A stretch of 64,000 nt of DNA, taken from IMG/VR virus record IMGVR_UViG_3300046804_003518, positions 64,001 through 128,000 of that record; one strand, given 5' to 3'. The translations under genes were made by a program, and so were the position numbers. Shown here in pieces: positions 11,628 to 21,827 of the stretch. How positions within the stretch are numbered: the first letter of the stretch is position 1; the number at the start of each line of letters is the position of its first letter. The notes beneath the pieces are model-generated. The model was not told the origin of the DNA. It did not search any database and worked only from the letters and a program-made list of their open reading frames with translations. The DNA is from a virus.

Positions 11628-12971
11628 ATGTTTTCTAACGAACAACTTCTAAAGAAGTGGCAGCCAGTTCTTGAGCACGCAGACCTTCCAGCAATTAAGG
11701 ATTCTCTACGTAAGTCAGTAACTGCTCAGCTACTAGAAAATACAGAGCGTTCAATGGCAGAAAACGGCGGTGGCGCACGTGCTCTATTGGAAGCTGGTAC
11801 ACACACACCAACTAACGCAACTGGCACAGCTGGTTTCGGTGATGGCGTTGCAAACTACGATCCAGTGCTAATCTCACTAGTTCGTCGTTCAATGCCAAAC
11901 CTAGTTGCTTATGACGTTTGCGGCGTTCAGCCAATGACAGGCCCAACAGGCTTGATCTTCGCAATGCGCAGCAAGTACAGCTCAGCAGCTAACTCAGCTA
12001 CAGAAGCATTCTACAACGAAGCTAACACAGCCTTCTCAACGATTGCACTAGGTAACTCAACAGTTAACCTACCAGGCTATCGTAACGTAGGTACAGTTCC
12101 TGGTACAGCAAACAACGCAGAGTCCAACACATATAACTGGGCCGGCGGTATGTCAACAAACCAGGCTGAAGCACTAGGTAACGCTTCAAACGCAGCTTTC
12201 GCAAACATGGCTTTCTCAATTGAGAAGGTTTCTGTTGAAGCAAAGAGCCGCGCATTGAAGGCAGAGTACACAATGGAACTAGCCCAAGATCTAAAGGCTA
12301 TCCATGGTCTAGATGCCGAAGCAGAGCTATCAAACATTCTACAGTCAGAAATCCTTGTAGAAATCAACCGCGAAGTTATCCGTACAATCAACGTAACAGC
12401 TAAGCGCGGTGCTAACTCAACAACATCAGCCGGTACATTCGACCTAGACGTCGACGCAAACGGCCGTTGGTCAGTTGAGAAGTTCAAGGGTCTAATGTTC
12501 CAAGTAGAACGCGAAGCTAACCAAATTGCCAAGGACACACGTCGTGGCAAGGGTAACATCATCCTATGTTCGTCAGATGTTGCATCTGCCCTACAAATGG
12601 CTGGTGTTCTAGACTACGCTCCTGCTCTAAACAGCAACGCTCTAAACGTTGACGACACAGGCAACACATTTGCTGGTGTTCTAAACGGTCGTATCAAGGT
12701 CTACATCGACCCATACGTAACAGACAACTACATGACAGTTGGCTATAAGGGCGCAAGCGCATTCGATGCTGGTATCTTCTACTGCCCATACGTTCCACTA
12801 CAGATGGTTCGTGCAGTCGGTGAAGATTCATTCCAGCCAAAGATTGGCTTCAAGACACGCTACGGCATGGTCGCAAATCCATTCGCAGAAGGTGCTGCAT
12901 ATGGCAATGGCGCTATGACAAAGGACGCAAACGTATACTACAGACGCGTTCTAGTAAGCAACCTACTATAA
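11628..12971 (+). CDS. gp23: Major capsid protein gp23
   Basis: GVQPMTGPTGLIFAMR, SRALKAEYTMELAQDLKAIHGLDAE, FYCPYVPL, KTRYG. Confidence 0.99.
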   Translation: MFSNEQLLKKWQPVLEHADLPAIKDSLRKSVTAQLLENTERSMAENGGGARALLEAGTHTPTNATGTAGFGDGVANYDPVLISLVRRSMPNLVAYDVCGVQPMTGPTGLIFAMRSKYSSAANSATEAFYNEANTAFSTIALGNSTVNLPGYRNVGTVPGTANNAESNTYNWAGGMSTNQAEALGNASNAAFANMAFSIEKVSVEAKSRALKAEYTMELAQDLKAIHGLDAEAELSNILQSEILVEINREVIRTINVTAKRGANSTTSAGTFDLDVDANGRWSVEKFKGLMFQVEREANQIAKDTRRGKGNIILCSSDVASALQMAGVLDYAPALNSNALNVDDTGNTFAGVLNGRIKVYIDPYVTDNYMTVGYKGASAFDAGIFYCPYVPLQMVRAVGEDSFQPKIGFKTRYGMVANPFAEGAAYGNGAMTKDANVYYRRVLVSNLL

Positions 12972-12995
12972 TCCTTAACGGGAAAATAGAAAGAG

Positions 12996-13022
12996 AGGGC
13001 CGCGAAAGCGGCCCTTTTTTTT
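12996..13022 (+). terminator. Rho-independent terminator
   Basis: AGGGCCGC-GAAA-GCGGCCCT followed by a T-run. Confidence 0.9.
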
Positions 13023-13045
13023 GCTTGATAAATATTGGTATGGAA

Positions 13046-13648
13046 ATGCATTCATTCAAAACATATCTTAGTGAGCAAGCTGAGCTTGGTCTAACAGTGT
13101 TTGACCTTGACGAAACACTATTCCACACAAAAGCTAAGATTAAAGTAATGCATGGCAGTAAAGTAGTTCATACGTTAGATAATCAACAATACAATCATTA
13201 TAAACTTAAACAAGGTGAGTCGTTTGATTACGGTGAATTCAGAAGTGCTGATATATTTGAAAAGACTTCTACGCCAGTAGCAAAAATGATTGGTAAGGCA
13301 AAAGCAATTATTAACAATGCTTTTGCAAAGGGCTCAAGAGTTATTATATCAACAGCTAGAGCAGATTTTGATAATAAAGAAGTTTTTCTAAGAGCGTTAG
13401 ATGCTCATGGTATTGACACCAGTAAGATACACGTTGAGAGAGCTGGCAACCTAAAGCTGGGCTCTAGTGCTAAAAACAAAAAAGCTATATTTCGTAAGTA
13501 TCTAAGAAGTGGTCTATATAAAAGAATTAGATTCTTTGATGATGATGCAAACAATTTGACAAGTTTCAAATCTTTGCAAAAAGAATATCCACAAGTACTA
13601 TTCCAAGCATGGCATGTAGGTCCAGATGGTTCTGTAACAAAATACTGA
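13046..13648 (+). CDS. HAD-superfamily phosphatase, putative internal head protein
   Basis: VFDLDET (motif I), ISTAR (II), K, FFDDD (IV); N-terminal MHSFKTYLSE. Confidence 0.75.
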   Translation: MHSFKTYLSEQAELGLTVFDLDETLFHTKAKIKVMHGSKVVHTLDNQQYNHYKLKQGESFDYGEFRSADIFEKTSTPVAKMIGKAKAIINNAFAKGSRVIISTARADFDNKEVFLRALDAHGIDTSKIHVERAGNLKLGSSAKNKKAIFRKYLRSGLYKRIRFFDDDANNLTSFKSLQKEYPQVLFQAWHVGPDGSVTKY

Positions 13649-13656
13649 GGTGATTT

Positions 13657-13866
13657 ATGATTGAGAATGCTAGATTTATGACTAAGTTTGTTAAAGAAAA
13701 CAGAACAGCAGAGTTGTTTCAGCTTGATGATAGATCAGGCTACATTGTAAGAATGATTGAAAATCAAAAAATTAAAGAAGATAGAGTCATCAAGGGCAAG
13801 TCTATCTATTACATTAACGATACGTGTGAAAACTGGTGTGAAGGTATAATTGACCCATGGATCTAA
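13657..13866 (+). CDS. Hypothetical protein
   Basis: 69-aa ORF with GAGGTG RBS, overlaps the start of the next gene. Confidence 0.6.
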   Translation: MIENARFMTKFVKENRTAELFQLDDRSGYIVRMIENQKIKEDRVIKGKSIYYINDTCENWCEGIIDPWI

Positions 13867-14879
13867 TTCCTATTGAAGTTGATAGCAGTGGATTTAAACG
13901 CCACGAGATGTTAAAACATTTAGTCCGACTTGATTTGGACTTAACAGGTCTATGCAATAGACAATGTTCATTTTGTCCTCGTAGTTTGGATGCTGACCCT
14001 TTGTATCCCAATATCAACAAGCAAATGTCAATGGAAACAATTGAGATTGTTATTAAAGAACTGCTATCAATAAATTTTAAAGGTTGGGTAGAGCTAGCCG
14101 GTAGAGGCGAAAGCACACTCCATAAAAAATTTGAAACTATTGTGGATATGTTAACTGCTGCTCCTAGACAGTGGAAAGTCAGACTAACAACAAATGGTTA
14201 TAAAATAGATGAGTGGTGGAACTCTTCGGTTGGAATGAAGTTAGATGAACTTATTCTTAATAGTTATGAATCTGAACAAGAGTATATTGATAGACAGCAA
14301 CAGTATGTTACCCTTCCTAGTGGAGGTTCAGTATATCACTACTATAAGCAAGATGGCTTTACTATTGACCAAATAAACAACATGCCCTCTTATAAAGAAA
14401 ACGGAAAGAATTGGAAACACGCCTTTAACAATAGAGCTGGTTATTTTAAAAACCAGGATAGAAGAAATGTTGAATTGGATTATACAAACTTGGTTACACT
14501 TCCTAATGGCAAGAAAATAAAAATTAGTGAGGCACCTTGTTGGCATCCAATGAGACAAATATTCATTGACTTTGACGGTAATTATCAGATGTGCTGTAAT
14601 GACTGGTTAAGTCAAATAAAAATTGGCAATGTTCACGAGAGATCATTAATTGATATGTACTTAAATGATCCTAAAATTAATAGAATAAGATGGAGATTGT
14701 TGAATAAAGATAGAACAACAATTTTGCCATGCGCCAAGTGTGATGATATCCAAGGGGCCACAACACAGGCAGTAGAGACTGTCACAAGATTCAAAAAGAG
14801 TAAAGCATATCAAGAACACGTTGTTCCATTAGCGAGACTTGGCAAGCAATTTGATTCAGATTTAATAAAGGGTATATGA
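13857..14879 (+). CDS. Radical SAM protein with C-terminal SPASM/twitch domain
   Basis: CNRQCSFC (CxxxCxxC), GRGE, TTNG; C-terminal CWHP...DFDGNYQMCC...CAKC. Confidence 0.85.
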   Translation: MDLIPIEVDSSGFKRHEMLKHLVRLDLDLTGLCNRQCSFCPRSLDADPLYPNINKQMSMETIEIVIKELLSINFKGWVELAGRGESTLHKKFETIVDMLTAAPRQWKVRLTTNGYKIDEWWNSSVGMKLDELILNSYESEQEYIDRQQQYVTLPSGGSVYHYYKQDGFTIDQINNMPSYKENGKNWKHAFNNRAGYFKNQDRRNVELDYTNLVTLPNGKKIKISEAPCWHPMRQIFIDFDGNYQMCCNDWLSQIKIGNVHERSLIDMYLNDPKINRIRWRLLNKDRTTILPCAKCDDIQGATTQAVETVTRFKKSKAYQEHVVPLARLGKQFDSDLIKGI

Positions 14880-15487
14880 TTCCTCTAGCACCTGGCAAAT
14901 ATGACCGACTCACTATGTTTAGTGATCCTTGGAAATTTTATGTAATGGATAACTTTTTACCATTCAATTTGTATAACAATATTTTAAATTTAAAAAATAA
15001 ACACAATCATTTTAGATTTATTGATCAATGGGAGAATGGAAGAGTAGAGTCTACTGAAACAACTGGATTTCCAAAAAAGCATTCAATATATCTTCACAAT
15101 AAGCCTGTATTAAAAGCAAGTATTGCTGATGTTGTTTGTGGTAATTTAGGTTCTTTACTTCCTAATAGTTATTTTGTTATACCAGATTTTGTTAGATGTG
15201 AACCAGGTTATGTTTATCCCCAACACAAAGATCATAAATTAAAATATATTTCTATTGTTGTATTTTTAGACCCATTGAAATCTTGTGGTACAATATTTAA
15301 CCACCAGTCAGAAAGATATGTTGTTGGTTGGAGACAAAATAGAGCCTTAGTGTTTAAAAATGATGAACATGGACCACATTCTTATGTAAATACAACAGAC
15401 ACATATAGGTATACGTTGAACATTTATATTACTACCGATAACGATGAACCATTCAAAGTAGTGAATGAACAAACAATAAATATTTAA
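14876..15487 (+). CDS. 2-oxoglutarate/Fe(II)-dependent oxygenase
   Basis: HKD...H...R facial-triad pattern (YPQHKD, HSY, RYTLNIY). Confidence 0.7.
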   Translation: MIPLAPGKYDRLTMFSDPWKFYVMDNFLPFNLYNNILNLKNKHNHFRFIDQWENGRVESTETTGFPKKHSIYLHNKPVLKASIADVVCGNLGSLLPNSYFVIPDFVRCEPGYVYPQHKDHKLKYISIVVFLDPLKSCGTIFNHQSERYVVGWRQNRALVFKNDEHGPHSYVNTTDTYRYTLNIYITTDNDEPFKVVNEQTINI

Positions 15488-15503
15488 AACAAAGGTATTT
15501 TGT

Positions 15504-16004
15504 ATGTCAATCCAAAAAAGTTTTTTATCACCATTAGGTTATCAGCTAACAATTCAAAAGATACCAAATGCTGTGCTCAATGTGGTGTCGGTTAATATTC
15601 CAGGTATCACTGTTGAAGATGCAGAAATCTTAACACCATTCAAAAATATTAAGTATCCTGAAAAGGTTGTGTACAACGACTTTGTTGTTAGATTCAAAGT
15701 TGACGAAAATATGTCCAACTATAAAGAGATATTTGATTGGATGCATCTAATTGGTCGACCAGAACAATTCAGTCCTCCTAATACAAATGCTATCTACCCA
15801 AATGATATCTATAGTACCTATTCGTCTGATGGTACACTACTGATCCTCAACTCCGCTAACAAACCAAATATTGAGGTAAGATTCAGAGACCTATTCCCCG
15901 TAGTTCTTGGTGATATTGAATTCACATCTCAGGATACAGATGTTACCTACATTGAGGCAACAGCAACGTTTAGGTGTCTACTGTTTACCATTCACAATGT
16001 TTAG
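15504..16004 (+). CDS. gp3: Tail completion/tube terminator protein gp3
   Basis: FLSPLGY, F.VDENMSNYKEIFDWM, FRDLFPVVLG; precedes uvsY as in T4-like phages. Confidence 0.8.
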   Translation: MSIQKSFLSPLGYQLTIQKIPNAVLNVVSVNIPGITVEDAEILTPFKNIKYPEKVVYNDFVVRFKVDENMSNYKEIFDWMHLIGRPEQFSPPNTNAIYPNDIYSTYSSDGTLLILNSANKPNIEVRFRDLFPVVLGDIEFTSQDTDVTYIEATATFRCLLFTIHNV

Positions 16005-16012
16005 GGTATAAT
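15984..16012 (+). promoter_or_regulatory. Sigma70-like promoter for uvsY
   Basis: TTTACC-N17-TATAAT. Confidence 0.55.
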
Positions 16013-16040
16013 ATACCTACCGTAGGGTAGGAAATATATT

Positions 16041-16475
16041 ATGAAGCTCGAAGAAATATTTGGTGAATGGGAGAAGGATAGCAAAGTTGACCGATCAGAA
16101 CTCGGCGACGTTGCATTGAACATTCCTAAGCTCCATCACAAGTACTTTAAACTATTCTCCCACGAACGTCTATTGCTAAGAAAGCTTGAGCAGGACATGA
16201 AGAAGTTGAAAAAGCTAAAGTGGGAGTACTACACGGGAGTTCTCGATCAAGAGACACTTGAGGAGATGAAGTGGGAACCGTTCCTACAAAAAATCCTGAA
16301 ACAAGACGTACCTACATATATTGATAGTGATTCAGATATTATTACTCTTAACCTAAGAATAGCTGTTCAGCAAGAAAAGATTGATGCATTAGAGTCAATC
16401 ATTAAGTCCATTATGAACTTAGGGTTCCAAGTTAAGAGTGCAATTGATTGGGAAAAGTTTAAGACAGGACAATGA
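16041..16475 (+). CDS. uvsY: Recombination mediator UvsY
   Basis: W.KDSK.D, IPKLHHKY, KWEYYTG, IKSAIDWEKF-like C-terminus. Confidence 0.9.
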   Translation: MKLEEIFGEWEKDSKVDRSELGDVALNIPKLHHKYFKLFSHERLLLRKLEQDMKKLKKLKWEYYTGVLDQETLEEMKWEPFLQKILKQDVPTYIDSDSDIITLNLRIAVQQEKIDALESIIKSIMNLGFQVKSAIDWEKFKTGQ

Positions 16476-17932
16476 CAGAAACACTAGTCGTCTCAAAATT
16501 TAATGATGTATATGTGACGGTTGATTGTGACGCTAGTGTTGCAATGGAGCTGAAGGACTACTTTACCTTTAAGGTTCCTGGTTATCGCTTCATGCCTGCC
16601 TACCGTAATAAGGTATGGTCAGGCGATATTCATCTATTCAATCCAATGAGCAAGAGAATATACTTTGGATTGATTCCCTATATCAACAAGTTTTGCGAAA
16701 CACGAAACTACAAACTTCAATTCCATGATAGCGTGGATGGCTTTGCTAGTATTGATGAACAGTCCGTTGTAGACTTTATCACTAATCTTAACTTACCATT
16801 TAAGCCAAGAGGCTATCAGCTTGAAGCCTTCATTCATGGTATAAGAACAAAAAGATCATTACTAGTCTCTCCCACTGCTTCTGGTAAGTCATTAATCATT
16901 TATATGATTACAAAGTGGTGGCAGCGAACAGATTTCAAAACTCTTATTATTGTTCCAACTATCTCTCTTGTTGAACAGATGAAGGGTGACTTTGTATCGT
17001 ATGGTGGCGATGAAAATGATATCCACACTATCATGTCTGGTAGGGAAAAGAATTCAGACAAGCCAATTGTCATATCTACCTGGCAATCAATTTATAAGAT
17101 GCCAAGACAATGGTATGAGCAGTTTGATGTTGTTATTGGAGATGAGGCCCACCAGTACAAGGCTAAGTCGTTAACATCCATCTTAGAGAAGATGACAAAG
17201 TGTCCCATTAGAATGGGATTCACTGGTACACTTGATGGCACACAAACACATAGACTAGTTTTAGAAGGTTTGTTTGGAGCAGTAAAGAAGGTAACAACTA
17301 CTGCTGAACTTATTGAACAAAAGCATCTGGCTGACTTTAAGATTCAGGCTATCGTACTCAAACATACAGATGCAAACAAAAAAGAATATAGTAGATGTGA
17401 GTATCACGATGAGATTGATTTCTTGGTTCGTAATGAATCAAGGAACAATTTTATATCTCAGCTATCCTTGCATCTAAAAGGTAACACTCTTATCCTTTAT
17501 CAATTTATAGAGAAGCATGGCAAGCCTCTACATAAGATGCTCATAGATCAAAACAAAGAGGATAGACATATTTTTTTTGTATCTGGAGAAGTAGAGGTAG
17601 AGGATAGAGAGCTTGTAAGAAAGATTACAGAGCAAGAGGACAATGCAATCATTGTAGCCTCTTACGGTACGTTCTCAACTGGTATAAATATTAGAAACCT
17701 ACACAATGTTGTGTTTGCTTCACCTACCAAGTCAAGAATCAGATCTCTCCAGTCAATTGGTAGAGCTCTAAGAAGAGGGGACAATAAGCAACAAGCAACA
17801 TTATATGATATCGCTGACGATCTTTCTTGGAAGAAGTCGAAGAATCATACCCTAAAGCATTTTATTGAGCGAGTGGGAATTTATACTAGTGAGAAGTTCG
17901 AATATAAAATCACGAGCTATCAGTTGAGGTAA
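16472..17932 (+). CDS. uvsW: SF2 DNA helicase UvsW
   Basis: SPTASGKS, GDEAH, TGT, FSTGINI, QSIGRALR. Confidence 0.95.
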   Translation: MTETLVVSKFNDVYVTVDCDASVAMELKDYFTFKVPGYRFMPAYRNKVWSGDIHLFNPMSKRIYFGLIPYINKFCETRNYKLQFHDSVDGFASIDEQSVVDFITNLNLPFKPRGYQLEAFIHGIRTKRSLLVSPTASGKSLIIYMITKWWQRTDFKTLIIVPTISLVEQMKGDFVSYGGDENDIHTIMSGREKNSDKPIVISTWQSIYKMPRQWYEQFDVVIGDEAHQYKAKSLTSILEKMTKCPIRMGFTGTLDGTQTHRLVLEGLFGAVKKVTTTAELIEQKHLADFKIQAIVLKHTDANKKEYSRCEYHDEIDFLVRNESRNNFISQLSLHLKGNTLILYQFIEKHGKPLHKMLIDQNKEDRHIFFVSGEVEVEDRELVRKITEQEDNAIIVASYGTFSTGINIRNLHNVVFASPTKSRIRSLQSIGRALRRGDNKQQATLYDIADDLSWKKSKNHTLKHFIERVGIYTSEKFEYKITSYQLR

Positions 17933-17935
17933 GTT

Positions 17936-18352
17936 ATGGCAGCATTCATTCTTGTCAAACTGAGCGATGATGACTCTTTCATTATTGGGGAGCTTCACAA
18001 CGAAACAGAAGATGATGTTGTGATGAAGTATCCTGTTACTGTTAGGTTAAGAACAACAGTTAACCAAACAACAAATGTTACTACTTCTAAACTAATGCCA
18101 TTTTCTGAGAACAATATTGTAGCACTAAAGAAAAGCTCAATCATTGCTTTCTCAAAGCCTAATGAGCGTATTATTAAATACTATCTGAAATTTATTGAGA
18201 GATTCCAACAGATACTAGATGAAGATCTAGAAAAGGACATCTGTGGTCTCCAAGACGACTATAACGATAGTCCTCTTGGTATTGAAATAGATGATGAAGA
18301 TGATGTAGAGGGTCTAACAATTATGGCAGGTTCTACACCTGTCTTGCACTAA
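17936..18352 (+). CDS. Hypothetical protein (Sm-like beta N-terminus, acidic tail)
   Basis: Fills the gap between uvsW and gp55 with a RBS-like GAGGT. Confidence 0.65.
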   Translation: MAAFILVKLSDDDSFIIGELHNETEDDVVMKYPVTVRLRTTVNQTTNVTTSKLMPFSENNIVALKKSSIIAFSKPNERIIKYYLKFIERFQQILDEDLEKDICGLQDDYNDSPLGIEIDDEDDVEGLTIMAGSTPVLH

Positions 18353-18377
18353 TAATATATCTGACCCCCACAAAGGT

Positions 18378-18406
18378 GATTATACAGAGTAGAACACAAA
18401 AAGTCA
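18378..18406 (-). promoter_or_regulatory. Antisense sigma70-consensus promoter
   Basis: Minus strand reads TTGACT-N17-TATAAT. Confidence 0.6.
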
Positions 18407-18409
18407 ACG

Positions 18410-18439
18410 GTTGAACTAACTATCTAATTGTGTTATTAT
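18410..18439 (+). promoter_or_regulatory. Sigma70-like promoter for gp55
   Basis: TTGAAC-N18-TATTAT with extended -10 TGn. Confidence 0.5.
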
Positions 18440-18465
18440 ATTTAAATGTTTGAAAAGGATTTGTA

Positions 18466-19035
18466 ATGAGCGAAGTTAAAGATAAGGCTAACCACTACGT
18501 TAGTAACGATGAATTTTATAAGGCTATCGTAGAATTTAGAAAGAAAGTTCTAGCTGCAGAAGCGCAGGGACTACCAAAACCTGTGATCCCACATTACATC
18601 GGCGATTGTTTGATCAAGATTGCTAATAAACTTTCCTATAGCCCTAACTTTATCAACTACACATTCCGCGATGAAATGATTGCGGATGGTTTGGAAAACT
18701 GTATTAACTATTTCCATAACTTTGACCCCGATAAGTCTACTAACCCTTTCTCTTACTTTACACAGATCATCTACTTTGCTTTTCTTCGCCGTATCCAGAA
18801 GGAGAAGAAGTATATGTATGTAAAGCATAAGGTCACCCAGCAAAAAATGATTAGCCATGAACTAATGAACATTCAAGAGCTAGATGAGCTTGGTGAGTTC
18901 GATATTGAGATTACTGACTATACATCCAACGACTATATGGATAACTTCATTGAGCAGTTTGAAGCAAGTGCTCTAAAGAAGAAGACCGAAAGGCAAGCTA
19001 AGAAAGGCCTTGAGAAGTTAATTAAGGAAGACTAA
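18466..19035 (+). CDS. gp55: Late-transcription sigma factor gp55
   Basis: HYVSNDEF, PNFINYTFRDEMIADG.ENC, NPFSYFTQIIYFAFLRRI. Confidence 0.96.
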   Translation: MSEVKDKANHYVSNDEFYKAIVEFRKKVLAAEAQGLPKPVIPHYIGDCLIKIANKLSYSPNFINYTFRDEMIADGLENCINYFHNFDPDKSTNPFSYFTQIIYFAFLRRIQKEKKYMYVKHKVTQQKMISHELMNIQELDELGEFDIEITDYTSNDYMDNFIEQFEASALKKKTERQAKKGLEKLIKED

Positions 19036-19038
19036 ATT

Positions 19039-20118
19039 ATGAAGATCGCTTTGATCACTGATACGCACTTTGGTGGGCGTGGTGACTCTCCTATATTCTC
19101 TGAGTACCTTGGTAGGTTTTATAAAGAGGTATTCTTTCCATACCTTTATGAAAATTATATCACCGACATTATCCACCTTGGTGATATTGTAGACCGTCGC
19201 AAGTATATCAGCTACCTTTCTCTGAGAAAGTTTAAGGAGCAGTTCATTAAGCCTGTCATCGACAAGAACCTCAACCTTCATGTCATTATTGGTAACCACG
19301 ACACATTCTATAAGAACACTAATGATGTAAACTGCATGACTGAGTTGTTTGGTACTAACAAACCAAAGAACATCAACTGGTATACAGAAGCAACAGAAGT
19401 AGAGTTTGGTAGTACAAACATTTTGTTTGTTCCTTGGATGTGTAGTGAGAACTTTGAACAAACAGTTGAAAGAATAGCCGACACAAGTGCCCAGGTGTGC
19501 TTTGGTCATCTTGAGCTTGCAGGCTTTGAGATGCAGAAGGGTACAATCATTGATCATGGTTATGATGCTAAACTTTTTAAGAAGTTTGATATTGTTCTCT
19601 CTGGCCACTATCATCATAGATCAACAAAGGGCAATGTAACCTATCTTGGTTGCCCATATGAGATTGTCTGGTCTGACTATGATGACCCTAAGGGCTTCCA
19701 TGTCTTTGATACAGAGACAAGAGAGATTGAGTTTGTACCAAATCCGTTACTACTTTTTGAAAAGCACTACTACGATGACCTTGGTAAAGAAAGAGATGAT
19801 GTTGTCCTTGATGACTACTCCCACCTCAAAGGTAAGTTTGTAAAGGTTGTTGTAAAGAATAAGAATAACCCGTATTGGTTTGATAGTGTCATCGATAGAA
19901 TTGAGAGAGCTGGTGTAGCAGACCTTCAAGTAGTTGAAGATCATTTACATCTTGACTTAGAAGAAGATTCAAGTATAATATCCGACGCTGAGGACACTCT
20001 AACAATCATTAGAAAGTTCTCCGACCAATACATTAGTAATAAAGACAATGTACCAAAGCTGAATAAGCTTCTTGGTGATTTGTACATTGAAGCAATGGAA
20101 CTACAGACTAAGCAATGA
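19039..20118 (+). CDS. gp47: Recombination nuclease subunit gp47 (Mre11/SbcD-like)
   Basis: DTHFG, LGDIVD, GNHD, SGHYH metallophosphoesterase motifs. Confidence 0.95.
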   Translation: MKIALITDTHFGGRGDSPIFSEYLGRFYKEVFFPYLYENYITDIIHLGDIVDRRKYISYLSLRKFKEQFIKPVIDKNLNLHVIIGNHDTFYKNTNDVNCMTELFGTNKPKNINWYTEATEVEFGSTNILFVPWMCSENFEQTVERIADTSAQVCFGHLELAGFEMQKGTIIDHGYDAKLFKKFDIVLSGHYHHRSTKGNVTYLGCPYEIVWSDYDDPKGFHVFDTETREIEFVPNPLLLFEKHYYDDLGKERDDVVLDDYSHLKGKFVKVVVKNKNNPYWFDSVIDRIERAGVADLQVVEDHLHLDLEEDSSIISDAEDTLTIIRKFSDQYISNKDNVPKLNKLLGDLYIEAMELQTKQ

Positions 20119-21827
20119 TACTCTTTAAGAAAGTTAAGTGGAAGAACTTTCTCTCTACTGGTAATAACTTTACCGAGATTGATCTTACCAAGCATAAATC
20201 AACATTGATTGTAGGTACGAATGGTTCTGGTAAGTCAACCATTCTTGATGCCATCTCGTTTGCCCTCTATAATAAACCATTCAGAAAGATCAATAAGCCA
20301 CAGCTTGTTAACTCTATCAATGGTAAAGAACTCTGCGTAGAGCTGGAGTTTGTTGTAGGTAGTGCAAACTATAAAATTGTTAGGGGGATTAAGCCAAACA
20401 GGTTTGAGATCTATAAGAATGATGTTCTTCTCAATCAGGATGCTGATAGTAAAGACTATCAAGAGGTTGTAGAAAAGCAGATCATTAAAATGAACCATAG
20501 AACATTCTCACAGGTAGTTGTTCTAGGTTCTTCTACCTATGTCCCATTCATGCAACTCTCTGCAGCAAGTAGAAGAGAGGTCATTGAAGACTTGCTTGAC
20601 ATCCAAGTCTTTACTACAATGAATACTTTGCTAAAGAGTAAAGTGGCAAGCAATCAAGATGAGCTCAAGCAAGCAAAGTATGATAGTGATCTTATCGATG
20701 AGAAGATCAACATTCAGAACAGCTATATCGATTCTCTAAACAAAGATGTTCAGAATAAGATTGAAGAAAACAAAGTAAAGATCAAGCAGACTCAATCTGA
20801 GATTGATGTTCTTGGTGTTGATGCTGCCACAAAGAATGGTACTATTGATAATAAGCTAAAGCAAACTGCTAACCTCGATAAGCTAACCAAGAGAATGGAA
20901 AAGTCACTTGTCTTGAAAGAGAAGACAGTGGATAGAATCTCTAAGTTGAATAAAGAGATTAAGTTCTTCCACGACAACGATGATTGTCCAACTTGTAAGC
21001 AAGGTATCCAACATGACTTCAAGAGTGAGGCAATTAATTCCAAGCAGACTCAGGTTGCTGAGATTCAAGAGAACCTAACTCTACTTGAACAGGATTATAA
21101 TAACACAGTTAGTGAGATTAATAGGATCAATGTAATCCAAAAAGAGATTCAAACAATCCAGCACGAGCTTGCTAAGATTCAAGCTGAGATCTCTTCTAAG
21201 AAGAAGTTTATTGACTACCTACAAAATGAGATTGATGCTCTTGAGGGTAACACTGCTAATGTTGATGCAGAAAAGGCAAAGCTAAAGGAACTAAAGAAAC
21301 AAAAGCAGGAAGCTGAAGACAAGAAGCAAAGGCTACTTGAGGATTACGAAATCCTCCAAGCTGCTTCTGCTCTATTGAAGGATGGTGGTATTAAGACTAG
21401 AATCCTTCGTCAGTATATTCCTATCATTAATAAGCTGATCAACAAGTACTTGGCTGCCATGGACTTCTTTGTCCAGTTTGAAATTGATGAACAATTTAAC
21501 GAGACTATTAAGTCTAGATTCAGAGATGAGTTTAGTTACAATTCATTCTCTGAAGGTGAGAAGATGAGAATCAACTTAGCTGTTCTCTTTACATGGAGAG
21601 CAATTGCTAAGATGAGAAATAGTGCTGCTACTAATCTTCTGATCATGGATGAGGTGTTTGATAGTTCTCTAGATAGTTCTGGTACAGATGAGTTCTTGAA
21701 GATCATTCAGACTCTCACTGCTGATACTAACACATTCATTATTAGCCATAAGACAGATCAGCTATTTGATAAGTTCCATAATGTTATTAAATTTGAGAAG
21801 ACAAAAAACTTTTCAAGGATTGTGTAA
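20115..21827 (+). CDS. gp46: Recombination ATPase subunit gp46 (Rad50/SbcC-like)
   Basis: GTNGSGKS, CPTC zinc hook, FSEGE signature, MDEVFD. Confidence 0.96.
   Translation: MILFKKVKWKNFLSTGNNFTEIDLTKHKSTLIVGTNGSGKSTILDAISFALYNKPFRKINKPQLVNSINGKELCVELEFVVGSANYKIVRGIKPNRFEIYKNDVLLNQDADSKDYQEVVEKQIIKMNHRTFSQVVVLGSSTYVPFMQLSAASRREVIEDLLDIQVFTTMNTLLKSKVASNQDELKQAKYDSDLIDEKINIQNSYIDSLNKDVQNKIEENKVKIKQTQSEIDVLGVDAATKNGTIDNKLKQTANLDKLTKRMEKSLVLKEKTVDRISKLNKEIKFFHDNDDCPTCKQGIQHDFKSEAINSKQTQVAEIQENLTLLEQDYNNTVSEINRINVIQKEIQTIQHELAKIQAEISSKKKFIDYLQNEIDALEGNTANVDAEKAKLKELKKQKQEAEDKKQRLLEDYEILQAASALLKDGGIKTRILRQYIPIINKLINKYLAAMDFFVQFEIDEQFNETIKSRFRDEFSYNSFSEGEKMRINLAVLFTWRAIAKMRNSAATNLLIMDEVFDSSLDSSGTDEFLKIIQTLTADTNTFIISHKTDQLFDKFHNVIKFEKTKNFSRIV

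Noticed and set aside
11628-12971. N-X-S/T sequons in the major capsid protein
   Set aside because: About five in 447 aa, roughly what composition predicts; only the gp15/gp18 module shows an excess.
12972-15503. Absence of a gp24 vertex gene after gp23 as a novelty
   Set aside because: Many non-coliphage T4-like phages lack gp24, and it could also lie outside the window.
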